Shown: in pieces, positions 49,266-59,300 of the stretch
How positions within the stretch are numbered: position 1 is the first letter of the stretch
Layout of the letters: every line of letters begins with the position of its first letter
NCBI GenBank assembly: GCA_049699715.1
Contig: JBNAVB010000001.1
Span: forward strand, 808-64,807
DNA: 64,000 bases
Direction: 5' to 3'
DNA from: Candidatus Pacearchaeota archaeon
Lineage (GTDB): Archaea; Nanobdellota; Nanobdellia; Pacearchaeales; UBA284
Notes under the pieces: generated by a model
Seen by the model: the letters and a program-made list of their open reading frames with translations, nothing else
What the model was told of the DNA's origin: nothing
Databases searched by the model: none
Program-made: the position numbers and the translations under genes

Positions 49266-50984
49266 CTACAATTCTCTTTTCGCTATTCTCTCTCTAATTT
49301 CCTTAACAAATTTCTCAAGCTTAACCCCAAACTCTGGCTTCTTTCCGCGGGCTCTCACAGCTAATGTTCCTTGTTTCTCTTCTTTGTCTCCTATGACAAT
49401 TATGTAAGGGATTTTCATCAGTTCAGCCTCGCGAACCTTATAATCGACTGTGCTATCACGGAAATCAGAATCCACCCGCAAGCCTTCTTTCTCAAGAGAT
49501 TTGACAATTTTCTCAGCTGCTTTGACATTTCTTTCTGTGAAGCTGAGAATGCGGGCTTGGATCGGAGCAAGCCACACTGGAAGGTTCCCATTCAAATGTT
49601 CTAATAGCACTCCTATGAACCTTTCTATTGAACCATAAATCGCTCGATGAATCATAACCGGCCTTAACCTTTCGTTATTTTCATTTGTGTAAGTCAAATC
49701 AAAGCGTTCTGGCATCGCAAAATCTACTTGGATAGTCGCGCACTGCCAATGCCTCCCTAAAGAATCGTGCATCGAGAAATCTATTTTGGGGCCATAGAAA
49801 GCCCCTTCCCCTTTGTTTAATTTAAATTTAATCTTTCTGTTTTTCAAAACATTTTCTAAAGCCTTTTCGGCTTTGTCCCACATCTCATCCGAGCCTATCC
49901 TTTTTTCTGGGCGTGTTGATAATTCAACACTTATCTCAAATTTGAACGGCTTGTAGAGAATATTTATCAGCTCTATTACCTTGGAAATCTCATCTTCAAG
50001 CTGCCTTTCTGTACAATAAATGTGGGCATCGTCTTGTGTGAATTTTATTACCCGGAACAATCCCCCTAGCACTCCACTTAGCTCTTGTCTATGAACCGTT
50101 CCTAACTCGCCAACTCTTAAAGGCAATTCTTTATAGCTTCTTGGGCGAGTTTTATAAACAAGAATCCCGCCAGGGCAGTTCATGGGCTTAACAGCAAAAT
50201 CCCGGTCTTCGTATCTTGTGAGAAAAATATTTTCGCGATATTTTTCCCAGTGCCCAGAGATTTTCCAAAGCCTTGAATCCATTATCTGAGGAGTTGAAAT
50301 TTCTTGATAGCCCGCTTTTTGATGCTCCTCGCGCCAGAATTTCAAAAGCTCCTGATAGATTATCCAACCATTTTTGTGCCAGAACACCATTCCTGGCGCG
50401 ACTTCATTGAACGAGAACAAATCAAGCCTTTGTCCAATAATCCTATGATCATTTTCTTTGAGCTTGCTCGTATCGAGCTGGGCTTTAGAGATTTGATTCA
50501 AAAGCTGTTTATAATCATATTTCTCTTCTTTCAAAACTTTTCCTTGTGTTATTTCAACTTTACCCTCTGCTCCGAATTGTCTACTTAACTCGCTAAGCGG
50601 ATGCCCCTTGCATTTTAGCTCAAACTCCTTGTACCATCCGAAAGGCGCCCTCGTGACAGTAAACTTTTCTTTTGCCAAGACTTTCTCGCCTTCTTGCAAA
50701 ATTTGTAATGCACTTGAAGGCTTTGAAGGCATGTTTGTGAGATGGACATAAGGATAAAGAACTATGGTTTTGGTTTTGAGTTGAGAGGCGATATCTTTTA
50801 TGTTCCTAACAAGCTCCTTTGCTACAGCAGTTTCATGCCCCTCATCGTTTTTCTCGACAGCACCCAAAATAACAAGACATTCCTTTACAGTTTTCTCTTT
50901 CTTCTCGACTTCTTCCCTTGCTTTTATTGCTTCCTTGACCGGCTTGAACTTTATATAGTCACAATGAAGCGTTAAAATTTTCAT
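49266..50984 (-). CDS. thrS: Threonyl-tRNA synthetase (class II) with archaeal-type N-terminal editing domain
   Basis: Class II motifs (FRDSTVDYK... region, HRQELSGVLGGLFRVIKFTQDDAHIY, GAFYGPKIDF). The N-terminal ~140 aa are unlike bacterial TGS/N2 domains and fit the archaeal editing domain; adjacent to tRNA-Thr. Confidence 0.85.
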   Translation of the reverse strand: MKILTLHCDYIKFKPVKEAIKAREEVEKKEKTVKECLVILGAVEKNDEGHETAVAKELVRNIKDIASQLKTKTIVLYPYVHLTNMPSKPSSALQILQEGEKVLAKEKFTVTRAPFGWYKEFELKCKGHPLSELSRQFGAEGKVEITQGKVLKEEKYDYKQLLNQISKAQLDTSKLKENDHRIIGQRLDLFSFNEVAPGMVFWHKNGWIIYQELLKFWREEHQKAGYQEISTPQIMDSRLWKISGHWEKYRENIFLTRYEDRDFAVKPMNCPGGILVYKTRPRSYKELPLRVGELGTVHRQELSGVLGGLFRVIKFTQDDAHIYCTERQLEDEISKVIELINILYKPFKFEISVELSTRPEKRIGSDEMWDKAEKALENVLKNRKIKFKLNKGEGAFYGPKIDFSMHDSLGRHWQCATIQVDFAMPERFDLTYTNENNERLRPVMIHRAIYGSIERFIGVLLEHLNGNLPVWLAPIQARILSFTERNVKAAEKIVKSLEKEGLRVDSDFRDSTVDYKVREAELMKIPYIIVIGDKEEKQGTLAVRARGKKPEFGVKLEKFVKEIRERIAKREL

Positions 50985-51065
50985 TCTGTTTGCCTGTCCT
51001 GTTCATTCACCTTTTATTTCAATAGTTAAAAAGAAATGAGATTTATAAAATTAATGCCTGACACC

Positions 51066-51956
51066 CTAGTTTTCAACAGGAAGGTTTCCCAATTCTAAAA
51101 TATTTATGTAGGTTTTGCCATCCCCTCTTTCATAGCCACCATCTGCTGTTCTTTCCAGTTTTCTGATAACCATCCTAACATATAAATTATCCCAACCATT
51201 AACCCATTTTGAGAAAGTTCTGTCAATGCTCGCGCCTGGAGGAATGCTCGCCGAGCCTCTCACACCCTCTTCACCTTCTTCACATTCATCTTCTGTGTTG
51301 CCGTCACTAAATTTGATTTCAGAATATGGCAAGGTGAAATGACCCTCTGATACATTCCTAATAGTAGTAAAAACATATAATTTCCATCCCATATAATCCC
51401 CGCCAACGCGGCTGCTGATGAACTTCTCTCTTTGTAAATGGTAGTCACGAATCATAAATTCGAGGTCGCCAGCGTTCGCCCATTCGCCCACATTATAATA
51501 ATTCGTTGCCGAGTACTTGTAATCCTCACGAGATTCTTCTTGTACTTGCTCTTGCCTTTGTTCTTGCTTATATGTTGGCTGTTCTTCTTTTTCTTTCTTC
51601 TGAATTTTCACTTGTATTTGTTCATCTTCAGTTATTTTTTGAGGTGTTGATGGTTGTGAATAATGTTCTGTAATATTCGATTTTCCTTCCTCTGCTTTTT
51701 TATGGGGAATGTAAAGAGTATAATAACACAAGGCAGCAGCTAAACTTAATGTCATTAAAGCCCCAACCAACCAATTCCTTGGGGCATGGCTTTTTTTGGG
51801 TAAATGTATTAATGACTGTGACAGTTGACTCCCACTTTCGGGGATTTCTGAGCTGCCCTTAGTTTTATCTAGAAGAGTCTTGGCTTCTTCGCTAGTAATT
51901 TTGCCTTCTTCAAGAAGTTTTAGAATCTTGAATTTTAAATCTTTCTCATTAGCCAT
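51066..51956 (-). CDS. Single-pass membrane protein with N-terminal SHOCT-like motif and C-terminal beta-rich extracytoplasmic domain
   Basis: KFKILKLLEEGKITSEEAKTLLDK (SHOCT-like), TM helix LVGALMTLSLAAALCYYTLYI, Gln/Glu-rich linker, C-terminal ~150-aa beta domain. Confidence 0.4.
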   Translation of the reverse strand: MANEKDLKFKILKLLEEGKITSEEAKTLLDKTKGSSEIPESGSQLSQSLIHLPKKSHAPRNWLVGALMTLSLAAALCYYTLYIPHKKAEEGKSNITEHYSQPSTPQKITEDEQIQVKIQKKEKEEQPTYKQEQRQEQVQEESREDYKYSATNYYNVGEWANAGDLEFMIRDYHLQREKFISSRVGGDYMGWKLYVFTTIRNVSEGHFTLPYSEIKFSDGNTEDECEEGEEGVRGSASIPPGASIDRTFSKWVNGWDNLYVRMVIRKLERTADGGYERGDGKTYINILELGNLPVEN

Positions 51957-52049
51957 TTAAACATAAAAATAAAGAAATTTATAAATATTTATATACAAAA
52001 ATATACAAAAAACTTTAAATACAATAGTGTTATTAAAGAGGTATATAAA

Positions 52050-54194
52050 ATGACAAAGATAACCAAGACTTTTTTGATTTTACCCTTGTTTTTCATATCG
52101 CTATTACTTATCAACTTGGCATCTGCCACGATTATCTTGTCAAATGTCAACCCCATATACAATCTTGGCGACATGATAAAGCTCGAAGCTAAAGTTTCAA
52201 GGGCAGAGGCATTTTCTGGCTTCTTCCGCATAGGACTCTTCTGCAATAACACAGAAACTTTAATGTACTTCTCGCCAATAGATCTTGTCAAGAACAAAGA
52301 AAAGGCTATCACAGTTAATTTTCCTGTGGCCAAAACAGGATCTTGTTATATATCCGCGACACTTGAAGATAATTATAACACAAAAATAGAGGAAACTAAA
52401 ACTCCAACAGTTTCTCTTAGTAATAAAATTAATATCGTGCTAAATGTTAATCAAAATGAGTTCGAACCTAAAGATAAATTAGAGCTCAGTGGCACAGCAA
52501 CTAAAGAAAATGTCCAGGCAGCAAGTGGAATAGCAACAATAACTCTCAGTCAAGGTAAAGATTATAGCTCAAGTGTCCCGAATGGAAAGATTTCTTTCTC
52601 GCTAGATTTGCCTGCAGACATAGCTCCGGGCCAGCATCAAATAACAGTAAGCATCAAAGACAATAACAACAATCAAGGCACTGCAGCTATAAATATAACA
52701 ATACTTTCTGTCCCAACAACTTTAACAATAGAGACAAACAATGATAGTTTCATCCCTAATTCTTTGCTTATGATAACCCCCAAACTTCTTGATCAGGCAA
52801 ACAACACTTTAGATGCCACGATAACAACGAAACTTTCAAGACAAGTTTCGCTCATAAAAAACGAGAAGCTTCTCGAAGAGTTGATAGCAAGTGGCAACAA
52901 TACTGTTTATAGATTCACAGAATTCAGCCCGCCCGGTGATTATATAATCGAAGCTTCGACAAGCACATCAAAAGGTGAGTTTAATTCAAAGAAAATTTTG
53001 AAAGTTGAGTATTACGAAAAAATCAAAGTCGATTTACAAGGCGACACTTTGTACATTTCAAACATTGGGAACGTGCCTTTCAAACGCGCTATAGAAATTG
53101 AGTTTATGATAGAGAACCAAAGCACAAAAAAAGTTATTGACTTGGATTTAAAGATAAATGAGAACGCGACTTTCAAGCTCGAAGCGCCAAAAGGAACCTA
53201 CACAATAAAAGTGAATACAGGTTCTGAGATTCTTGAATTCAAAAGCGTGCCATTGACAGGCTATGTTGTAGCAACAATCGAGTTGAACAAGTCACAAAAA
53301 TTAGATTTTAGAGGGTTGGTAGGCTTGGTAGCACTGGCTGTTGTATTGATTGTTATCATGATTCTCTTAAGAACAAGAAGATCACACAAGGAAAAAAAGG
53401 GGATAATCAAGATGATGAAAAATAATGGCCAAGAATTTCCTATAGCTGCACACGCAACAACTGGAAATCTGATAGCATCCGCTAAGCTAGACCACTTTGC
53501 TTCGGGCGATGTGACACTGAAGAAGATATTCTTAAGGCACTCCTCAAAACTCGCAGCGGACAAGATTGTCTCGACAATAGTCTATGGGACAAAACAAGAA
53601 ATAACAGCGTTGTTCGTTCATTTGGGCGTTGATTCCTTAAACGAAATTAAGAAAAAAGATTCCATGACCTACGCAAAAATTTTAGATGAATACTTCAAGG
53701 AAATCACACAGAAAATTAAAGAACATCAGGGAGTCGCGGATTTATATGATAACAACCTGATTGTCTTGTTCAATGTAATCAAGCAATACAGGCATGACAT
53801 TGCCGCGCTGAAGACAGCAGAAGCAATTAAACAAATCACAGAGGAATTGAATAGAGCGTTGGCGCCAAAGGGCGTTAAGATTGGAGTGTGCGCAGGCATC
53901 AATACTGGCTTGGCAAACGTCACAAACATTCAAAATGGCACAGTAAAATATACTGCTATAGGCAATACAACTTCCTTGGCAAGGGCATTACAAGCAAAAG
54001 CGTGCGCAGGCGAGATATTGTTCACAGAAAAAGTTTATGACCGCGTTGCTAATGTAATCAAAGCAAGGAAGATGCAACCACATTACTTGAGCGAGCAACA
54101 AGCAATTAATATATACTCATTACAAGACGGTATGAAAGCAGAGCTACGAAACAAGAATCAGTGGTACATCAGGCGAGCTCTAGGAAAAGGTTAA
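52050..54194 (+). CDS. Receptor-like membrane protein: signal peptide, ~420-aa extracellular repeat region, one TM helix, cytoplasmic class III nucleotidyl-cyclase-like domain
   Basis: Signal LILPLFFISLLLINLASA; TM LVGLVALAVVLIVIMILL; cytoplasmic GVKIGVCAGINTGLANVTNIQNGTVKYTAIGNTTSLARALQAKACAGEILFTEKVYDRV parallels the cyclase-homology core (IGIHTGPVVAGVIG...Y.V.GDTVNTASRME..A.PG.I.VSE.TY). Confidence 0.5.
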   Translation: MTKITKTFLILPLFFISLLLINLASATIILSNVNPIYNLGDMIKLEAKVSRAEAFSGFFRIGLFCNNTETLMYFSPIDLVKNKEKAITVNFPVAKTGSCYISATLEDNYNTKIEETKTPTVSLSNKINIVLNVNQNEFEPKDKLELSGTATKENVQAASGIATITLSQGKDYSSSVPNGKISFSLDLPADIAPGQHQITVSIKDNNNNQGTAAINITILSVPTTLTIETNNDSFIPNSLLMITPKLLDQANNTLDATITTKLSRQVSLIKNEKLLEELIASGNNTVYRFTEFSPPGDYIIEASTSTSKGEFNSKKILKVEYYEKIKVDLQGDTLYISNIGNVPFKRAIEIEFMIENQSTKKVIDLDLKINENATFKLEAPKGTYTIKVNTGSEILEFKSVPLTGYVVATIELNKSQKLDFRGLVGLVALAVVLIVIMILLRTRRSHKEKKGIIKMMKNNGQEFPIAAHATTGNLIASAKLDHFASGDVTLKKIFLRHSSKLAADKIVSTIVYGTKQEITALFVHLGVDSLNEIKKKDSMTYAKILDEYFKEITQKIKEHQGVADLYDNNLIVLFNVIKQYRHDIAALKTAEAIKQITEELNRALAPKGVKIGVCAGINTGLANVTNIQNGTVKYTAIGNTTSLARALQAKACAGEILFTEKVYDRVANVIKARKMQPHYLSEQQAINIYSLQDGMKAELRNKNQWYIRRALGKG

Positions 54195-54256
54195 AAGGTT
54201 AAAAAATCCCTATTAGTTTAACAATATCAATAATAAAAAGAGGAAAAAGAAAGAAT

Positions 54257-55207
54257 TTGAAAGGAGGTAATGAAATGGAAAATAATATTTTTTGGGCATT
54301 TTTAGCAGTTACTTTTATTGTAGGATTAACTTTAGGAATTGCAATATATGGGTTGCCTGCAGGAATAACAGGCAGAGCCGCATTCTTTCCTTTTACTCCA
54401 GCAATAAATTGTAATGACACTGATGGGATTAACCTTGCTGTCAAGGGAGCATGCATAGATCCCTATGGGACAAAAACAGATGTCTGTTCCAGCCCGACTA
54501 ATCTAGTAGAGTATTGGTGCATGAACGGGACAAACATAAGCTATTGTGTATCGCAAGTATATAATTGTGTTAGTTATGGTTATACAGGCTGTTATGATGG
54601 TGCTTGTGTTGGTAGCAACAAATCTCAAGCTGCGACGGGAAGCGTCAGTGGCGTGCCAGCGACGCCAGCGACAAGTGGTTTTGGCGGATCTGCAGAATCT
54701 ATGCAAATATATAATTATGTAACTACACAAAGTTCTCAATTATTTCATTGTGGTTTAACAAATGATTTCAGTCTTGATAGTGAGCATAGCATCTTCCATT
54801 TATCAAAATGTGATAGAGCAATATTTAGTGACGGGAACAGAAGAAAAGAGGTGACTCTCCATGGGGTCTATTTTGATACTATGCATAGGAAATTTGTAGC
54901 CCATATACAATATAAGTATTTTTTAGATGATGTGCTATGTACAGAAGAAGATATTCTAAGCGGAACGGAAGACAGTGGATTTGCAGTGGATATCCTTGAA
55001 ATCAGATCAAAACTAACAAATAGCGGAGAGTCCATCCAGATGGTCCTGGCAACAATTCCTGATAATGTTTTCGCTGATTCTTGCTTTAATACTGTAGGGA
55101 CTTTAGGAAGTGGTGGGATGAACGGAAGATATGTCATTGTAGATGATGAAGTAACGTGTCAAAGTGGTGGTTGGCAATGTAAATGTGAAGAATCTTCTGC
55201 AAGATAA
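54257..55207 (+). CDS. Secreted cysteine-rich protein with Ser/Thr/Gly/Ala linker
   Basis: N-terminal hydrophobic signal/anchor, a Cys-dense module (12 Cys within ~90 aa), an SQAATGSVSGVPATPATSGFGGS linker and a C-terminal globular part ending in a Cys-containing motif. Confidence 0.4.
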   Translation: MKGGNEMENNIFWAFLAVTFIVGLTLGIAIYGLPAGITGRAAFFPFTPAINCNDTDGINLAVKGACIDPYGTKTDVCSSPTNLVEYWCMNGTNISYCVSQVYNCVSYGYTGCYDGACVGSNKSQAATGSVSGVPATPATSGFGGSAESMQIYNYVTTQSSQLFHCGLTNDFSLDSEHSIFHLSKCDRAIFSDGNRRKEVTLHGVYFDTMHRKFVAHIQYKYFLDDVLCTEEDILSGTEDSGFAVDILEIRSKLTNSGESIQMVLATIPDNVFADSCFNTVGTLGSGGMNGRYVIVDDEVTCQSGGWQCKCEESSAR

Positions 55208-55226
55208 TTTTTCTTTCTTTATTTTT

Positions 55227-56150
55227 TTATTTTTTCAATTCTCTTAGCAACAAGCATGCTTTGCACAAGTCATGAGAAGAAGCAAAGCCGCATTTCTTGC
55301 ATTTTTTGAACTCAGTATCCTTAAATTTTTCTTTGATTAATGGCATTAGCTTGAGAAATGAATTGACTATCGCGTTTTTTATCTCTACATGTTTCTTGTC
55401 CATCTCATCAAGAAAATTCCTTATCTCTATCCTGAAAGTTTCGCCGCGCGAAGGGCAAGTTGCTATCTCTTTCTTTGGAATAGGCAAATTCTTGAGCTTG
55501 GCATAACACATTATTTCTTGTGTAGAGCAAAGGTAAAATGGTTTCACGCGTTGAACAAAAGCTTTAGTTTCTTGAGTGCCTGCCTTTGGCCCTAGCTTTG
55601 CTAAAAGCTCACTGTTGCCCTTGAAAATATTGAGCAAAATGTTCTCTGCCTCATCGTCAAGAGAGTGAGCTGTCGCAATGACATCAAACTTCAGCTCTTT
55701 AGCTTTCTTGTTGATCAACCATCTTTTCAATATTGAGCAAACCGCGCAATTGCTCAATTTCATCTTTTCAATTTTATTCTGAACTCTCTTGTCGCCAAGA
55801 TTAAACCCAAACTCTTTTTTGAATGTAAAAATTTTGAGAGAAATCCCTAAATCTTTACAGAGTTTTTTACTGTCTCTTAACAAATTTTTCCTGTAATCTC
55901 CGATGCCTTCATCAACCATCAATGCCTCGAGCTTCTGGCCTCGTTCTTTGCAGAATTTCGTTAGGATATAAAGTAAAACAATGCTGTCCTTGCCGCCAGA
56001 GAAGGCCACAGCAATTTTGTTTTTCTTGTTAATGAGCTCATACTTGCGAATTGTATAAAGGACTTTTCTCTCGAAATATTTGATGAACTCGATGGCATCA
56101 AGCCATCTTCCACAGCTTAAGAAATGAACCCTCTTGCCATGCTTTCTCAT
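55227..56150 (-). CDS. PP-loop ATP pyrophosphatase family protein (TtcA/TtuA/NcsA-like tRNA thiolation enzyme)
   Basis: PP-loop VAFSGGKDS, C-terminal CKKCGF...CKAC zinc/Fe-S ligand pairs, internal CAVC pair; 307 aa. Confidence 0.55.
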   Translation of the reverse strand: MRKHGKRVHFLSCGRWLDAIEFIKYFERKVLYTIRKYELINKKNKIAVAFSGGKDSIVLLYILTKFCKERGQKLEALMVDEGIGDYRKNLLRDSKKLCKDLGISLKIFTFKKEFGFNLGDKRVQNKIEKMKLSNCAVCSILKRWLINKKAKELKFDVIATAHSLDDEAENILLNIFKGNSELLAKLGPKAGTQETKAFVQRVKPFYLCSTQEIMCYAKLKNLPIPKKEIATCPSRGETFRIEIRNFLDEMDKKHVEIKNAIVNSFLKLMPLIKEKFKDTEFKKCKKCGFASSHDLCKACLLLRELKK

Positions 56151-56164
56151 TTTTTACTGCCCAA

Positions 56165-56386
56165 TTACCTGACTTCCTTGATGCTTATAATGTTTACTGG
56201 GCATATGTCCGCGGCTTCCTTGTTACACTTGTATTCTTTTGCTTCGATTAAAGTTTTCCTTGGCTTGGCTTTGCCGTCGCTGCCTATTACCCAGTTCTCC
56301 CCACAGACAGATACGCATGCACCACAGCCAATACATTTCTCGTGCTCTTGAGTGATTTTATATTTTCTGTTCTTTTTGATTTCCAT
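56165..56386 (-). CDS. Small [4Fe-4S] ferredoxin
   Basis: CIGCGACVSVC...C(N)KEAADICP cysteine pattern; 73 aa; immediately downstream of the PP-loop gene. Confidence 0.55.
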   Translation of the reverse strand: MEIKKNRKYKITQEHEKCIGCGACVSVCGENWVIGSDGKAKPRKTLIEAKEYKCNKEAADICPVNIISIKEVR

Positions 56387-56397
56387 TTTATTAAATT

Positions 56398-59300
56398 TTA
56401 TTGACTATATTTATTATTCCCATTTAATTCTGTTATTTCGACCACTTTAGCAAGATCAGTGACTTTGTCATCAGGCCTGAGCCTTATTATTCTAACGCCC
56501 TGAGTAGCTCTGCCCATTACTCTAATATCCTTACAAGGGACTCTTATGACCATTCCTTTAGATGTCGTAACAATCCCAGAATCCTTGTCGTTTACAGACA
56601 CAGTTGTAACAACTTTGCCTGTTTTGTCTGAGATTTTCAAGTTGATTACGCCTTTGCATGCTCGGCCTGTAAGCCTGTAATCCTCAATTGCGCTTCTTTT
56701 GCCGTAGCCTTTTTCTGTGATTGTGAGAATCGTGCTTTTCGGGTCATCAAGAACCTCGAGAGAGACAACTTCATCACCTTTCTCGAGCTTTATTCCTGTC
56801 ACTCCATAACTCGCACGGCCCATTGTTCGAACTTCATCAGAATTGAACCTTATTGCCTGGCCCTCTTTTGTTACAAGAATTACTTCCTGCTTCTCTTTTA
56901 TTGGCTTGACATCAATGACAACATCCGAACCATCTAGAGGCAAATTAATAACACGAACCCCGGAAGCCCTTGGCTTGCTTAGGAGCGAGAGATTCATTTT
57001 TTTAACTTGCCCTTTCTTTGTGACAATCATCAAAAAGTCTTTGAACTCTTTAACAGCCATCACGCTCTGTATTGTTTCATCTTTCAAATTTAAAATGTTG
57101 ATTAATGCCTTGCCTTTGCTATATTTCTCGACAGCCGGAATATAATACGCTTTAAGCCAGTACACTCGGCCTTTGTTTGTGAAAAATAATAAGTAATCAT
57201 GAGTTGAGCAAGTTATTATTTGTTTCACGAAGTCGCCTGTTGCGAGGTCAGAACCAATGACACCCTTACCGCCGCGCTTCTGCTCCTTATAATCCTTGAC
57301 GTCAATCCTTTTACAGTATCCTTTGTCTGTGATTGTTATAACAACATCTTTCTTGCTGATTATGTCTTTTTCCTGGATTTCAGCGATTCTTTGTAAAATT
57401 TGTGTTCTTCGGGCATCGCCATATTTCCTCTTTAGCTCTGAAACTTCTTTCTTGATGACATTCAAGATTTCCTTGCCGCTAGAGAGAATTTTCTCAAGCT
57501 CTTTAATCAATTCTCTCAATTTCTTTTCCTCATCTTTGAGCTTGTCTTGCTCCAAGTTAGTCAGGCTGCTGAGCTTCATGTCAAGGATTGCCTGCGCTTG
57601 CTTGCCAGTCAACGAGAACTTTTTTAAAAGTGACTCATAAGCTTCGGTTGTATTCTTGCTCCCCTTTATTAATTTGACAACAGCATCAATGTCCTTGAGC
57701 GCAATTAACAATCCTTGGACTATCTCCCTTCGCTCCTGGGCTTTCTTCAGTTCGAATTTTGTTCTTTTTGTAACAATAACCTCGCGATATTTGACATATT
57801 CCTCAATCAAGTTCTTCAGATTTAATTGCTTTGGATGCCCTTTCACGAGAGCAATCATGTTTACGTCAAAATTGTCCTGGAGCCTGGTGAATTTGTAAAG
57901 CCTGTTGAGCGTGAACTTGTAATCTGCACCTTTTCTTAATTCTATGACAATACGCACTTTTCCTTTGGCACTTTCATCGCGCAGATCCCACACGTCAGGG
58001 AGCTTCTTCTCCTGGATTAATTTCGCAATGTCTTTGACGAGCTCGGCCTTATTAAGCATGTAAGGGATTTCTGTGATAATAATGCTTGTTCTGCCTTTGT
58101 GTTCTTCTGTCGTGGTCTTTCCTCTTAAGATGATGCGGCCTTTGCCTGATTTATAAATCTCCAAGAAGTTCGCGTTTGCTTGGCCCCCTGTCGGGAAGTC
58201 AGGGCCGATTATTATTTCTGAAAGTTTTTCTATAGTTATATCTGGATTATTAATGTAAGCATTGATAGCGTCACAAACTTCGCCCAGGTTGTGCGGCGGC
58301 AAATTCGTAGCCATGCCAACTGCGATGCCTGTTGCGCCGTTGATTAGTAGATTTGGAAGTTTCCCGGGCAGAGTTTCTGGCTCTTCGAGTGAATTGTCAA
58401 AGTTTTGCAAGAACTTGACAGTTTCTTTGTCAATATCCTCGAGAAGCTCAGCTGATATTGCAGCTAGCTTTGCTTCCGTGTATCTCATTGCTGCTGGCGA
58501 GTCTCCATCCATTGAGCCGAAGTTCCCTTGCCCATGAACTAAAGGATAACGCAACGAAAAATCCTGGGCCATTCTCACGAGTGCGTCATAAATTGCCATG
58601 TCGCCATGAGGATGGAATTTGCCCATACAATTGTGAGAACGCATTCCATTTGCCAAAAATTCATGCTCTTTCTCAACCTGGATATCGTAAGTGATTTCTG
58701 GTTTTGCTCTCTCTACTTTTTTTACTTCAACAAAAAAGAAATCATTTTCTAGAATTGGTTTTAATTTTGCGGCCAACGGAGAACCGATTCTCTTAAGTTT
58801 TTCTAAAATATTTAGTTTCTTGATAGTGCTTTTGTATATTTTTATTTTGTTTTTCAAGCCTTTATAATATCTAATTTTTGTTCCATTTTCATATTTGATT
58901 CCTAATCTGAATTTTTTTCCATTGACATCTTTATACCAGCCTCCCCCAAGATGTTTTTCTGAAAATTCAGAAAATATTGCGCTACCAAAGTAGGGAAGGA
59001 TATCAAATTGTGAAGGATTTACTTTTGTTTTTATTTTCAAGAGCCTTTCCTTTTTTTGCTCATTGGACAAGTTAAGGTTATCTTTTAGAGATTGTATACT
59101 GCTTCCACAGATTTCTAGAGAGTATGTTTCGAAATTAGGTTTTATTATTCTTCCCTTGTATGAATGATTTTTCTTTTTGTTTCTGTACTTCCTAGAAAAT
59201 ATTCCTAACGAGAACAGCAACGTTTGCAAGCTATCAATAAACTTTTCAGATATTGATGTGATGTTGATTACTTTTCTATTTTTATGCACAAAACCATCTC

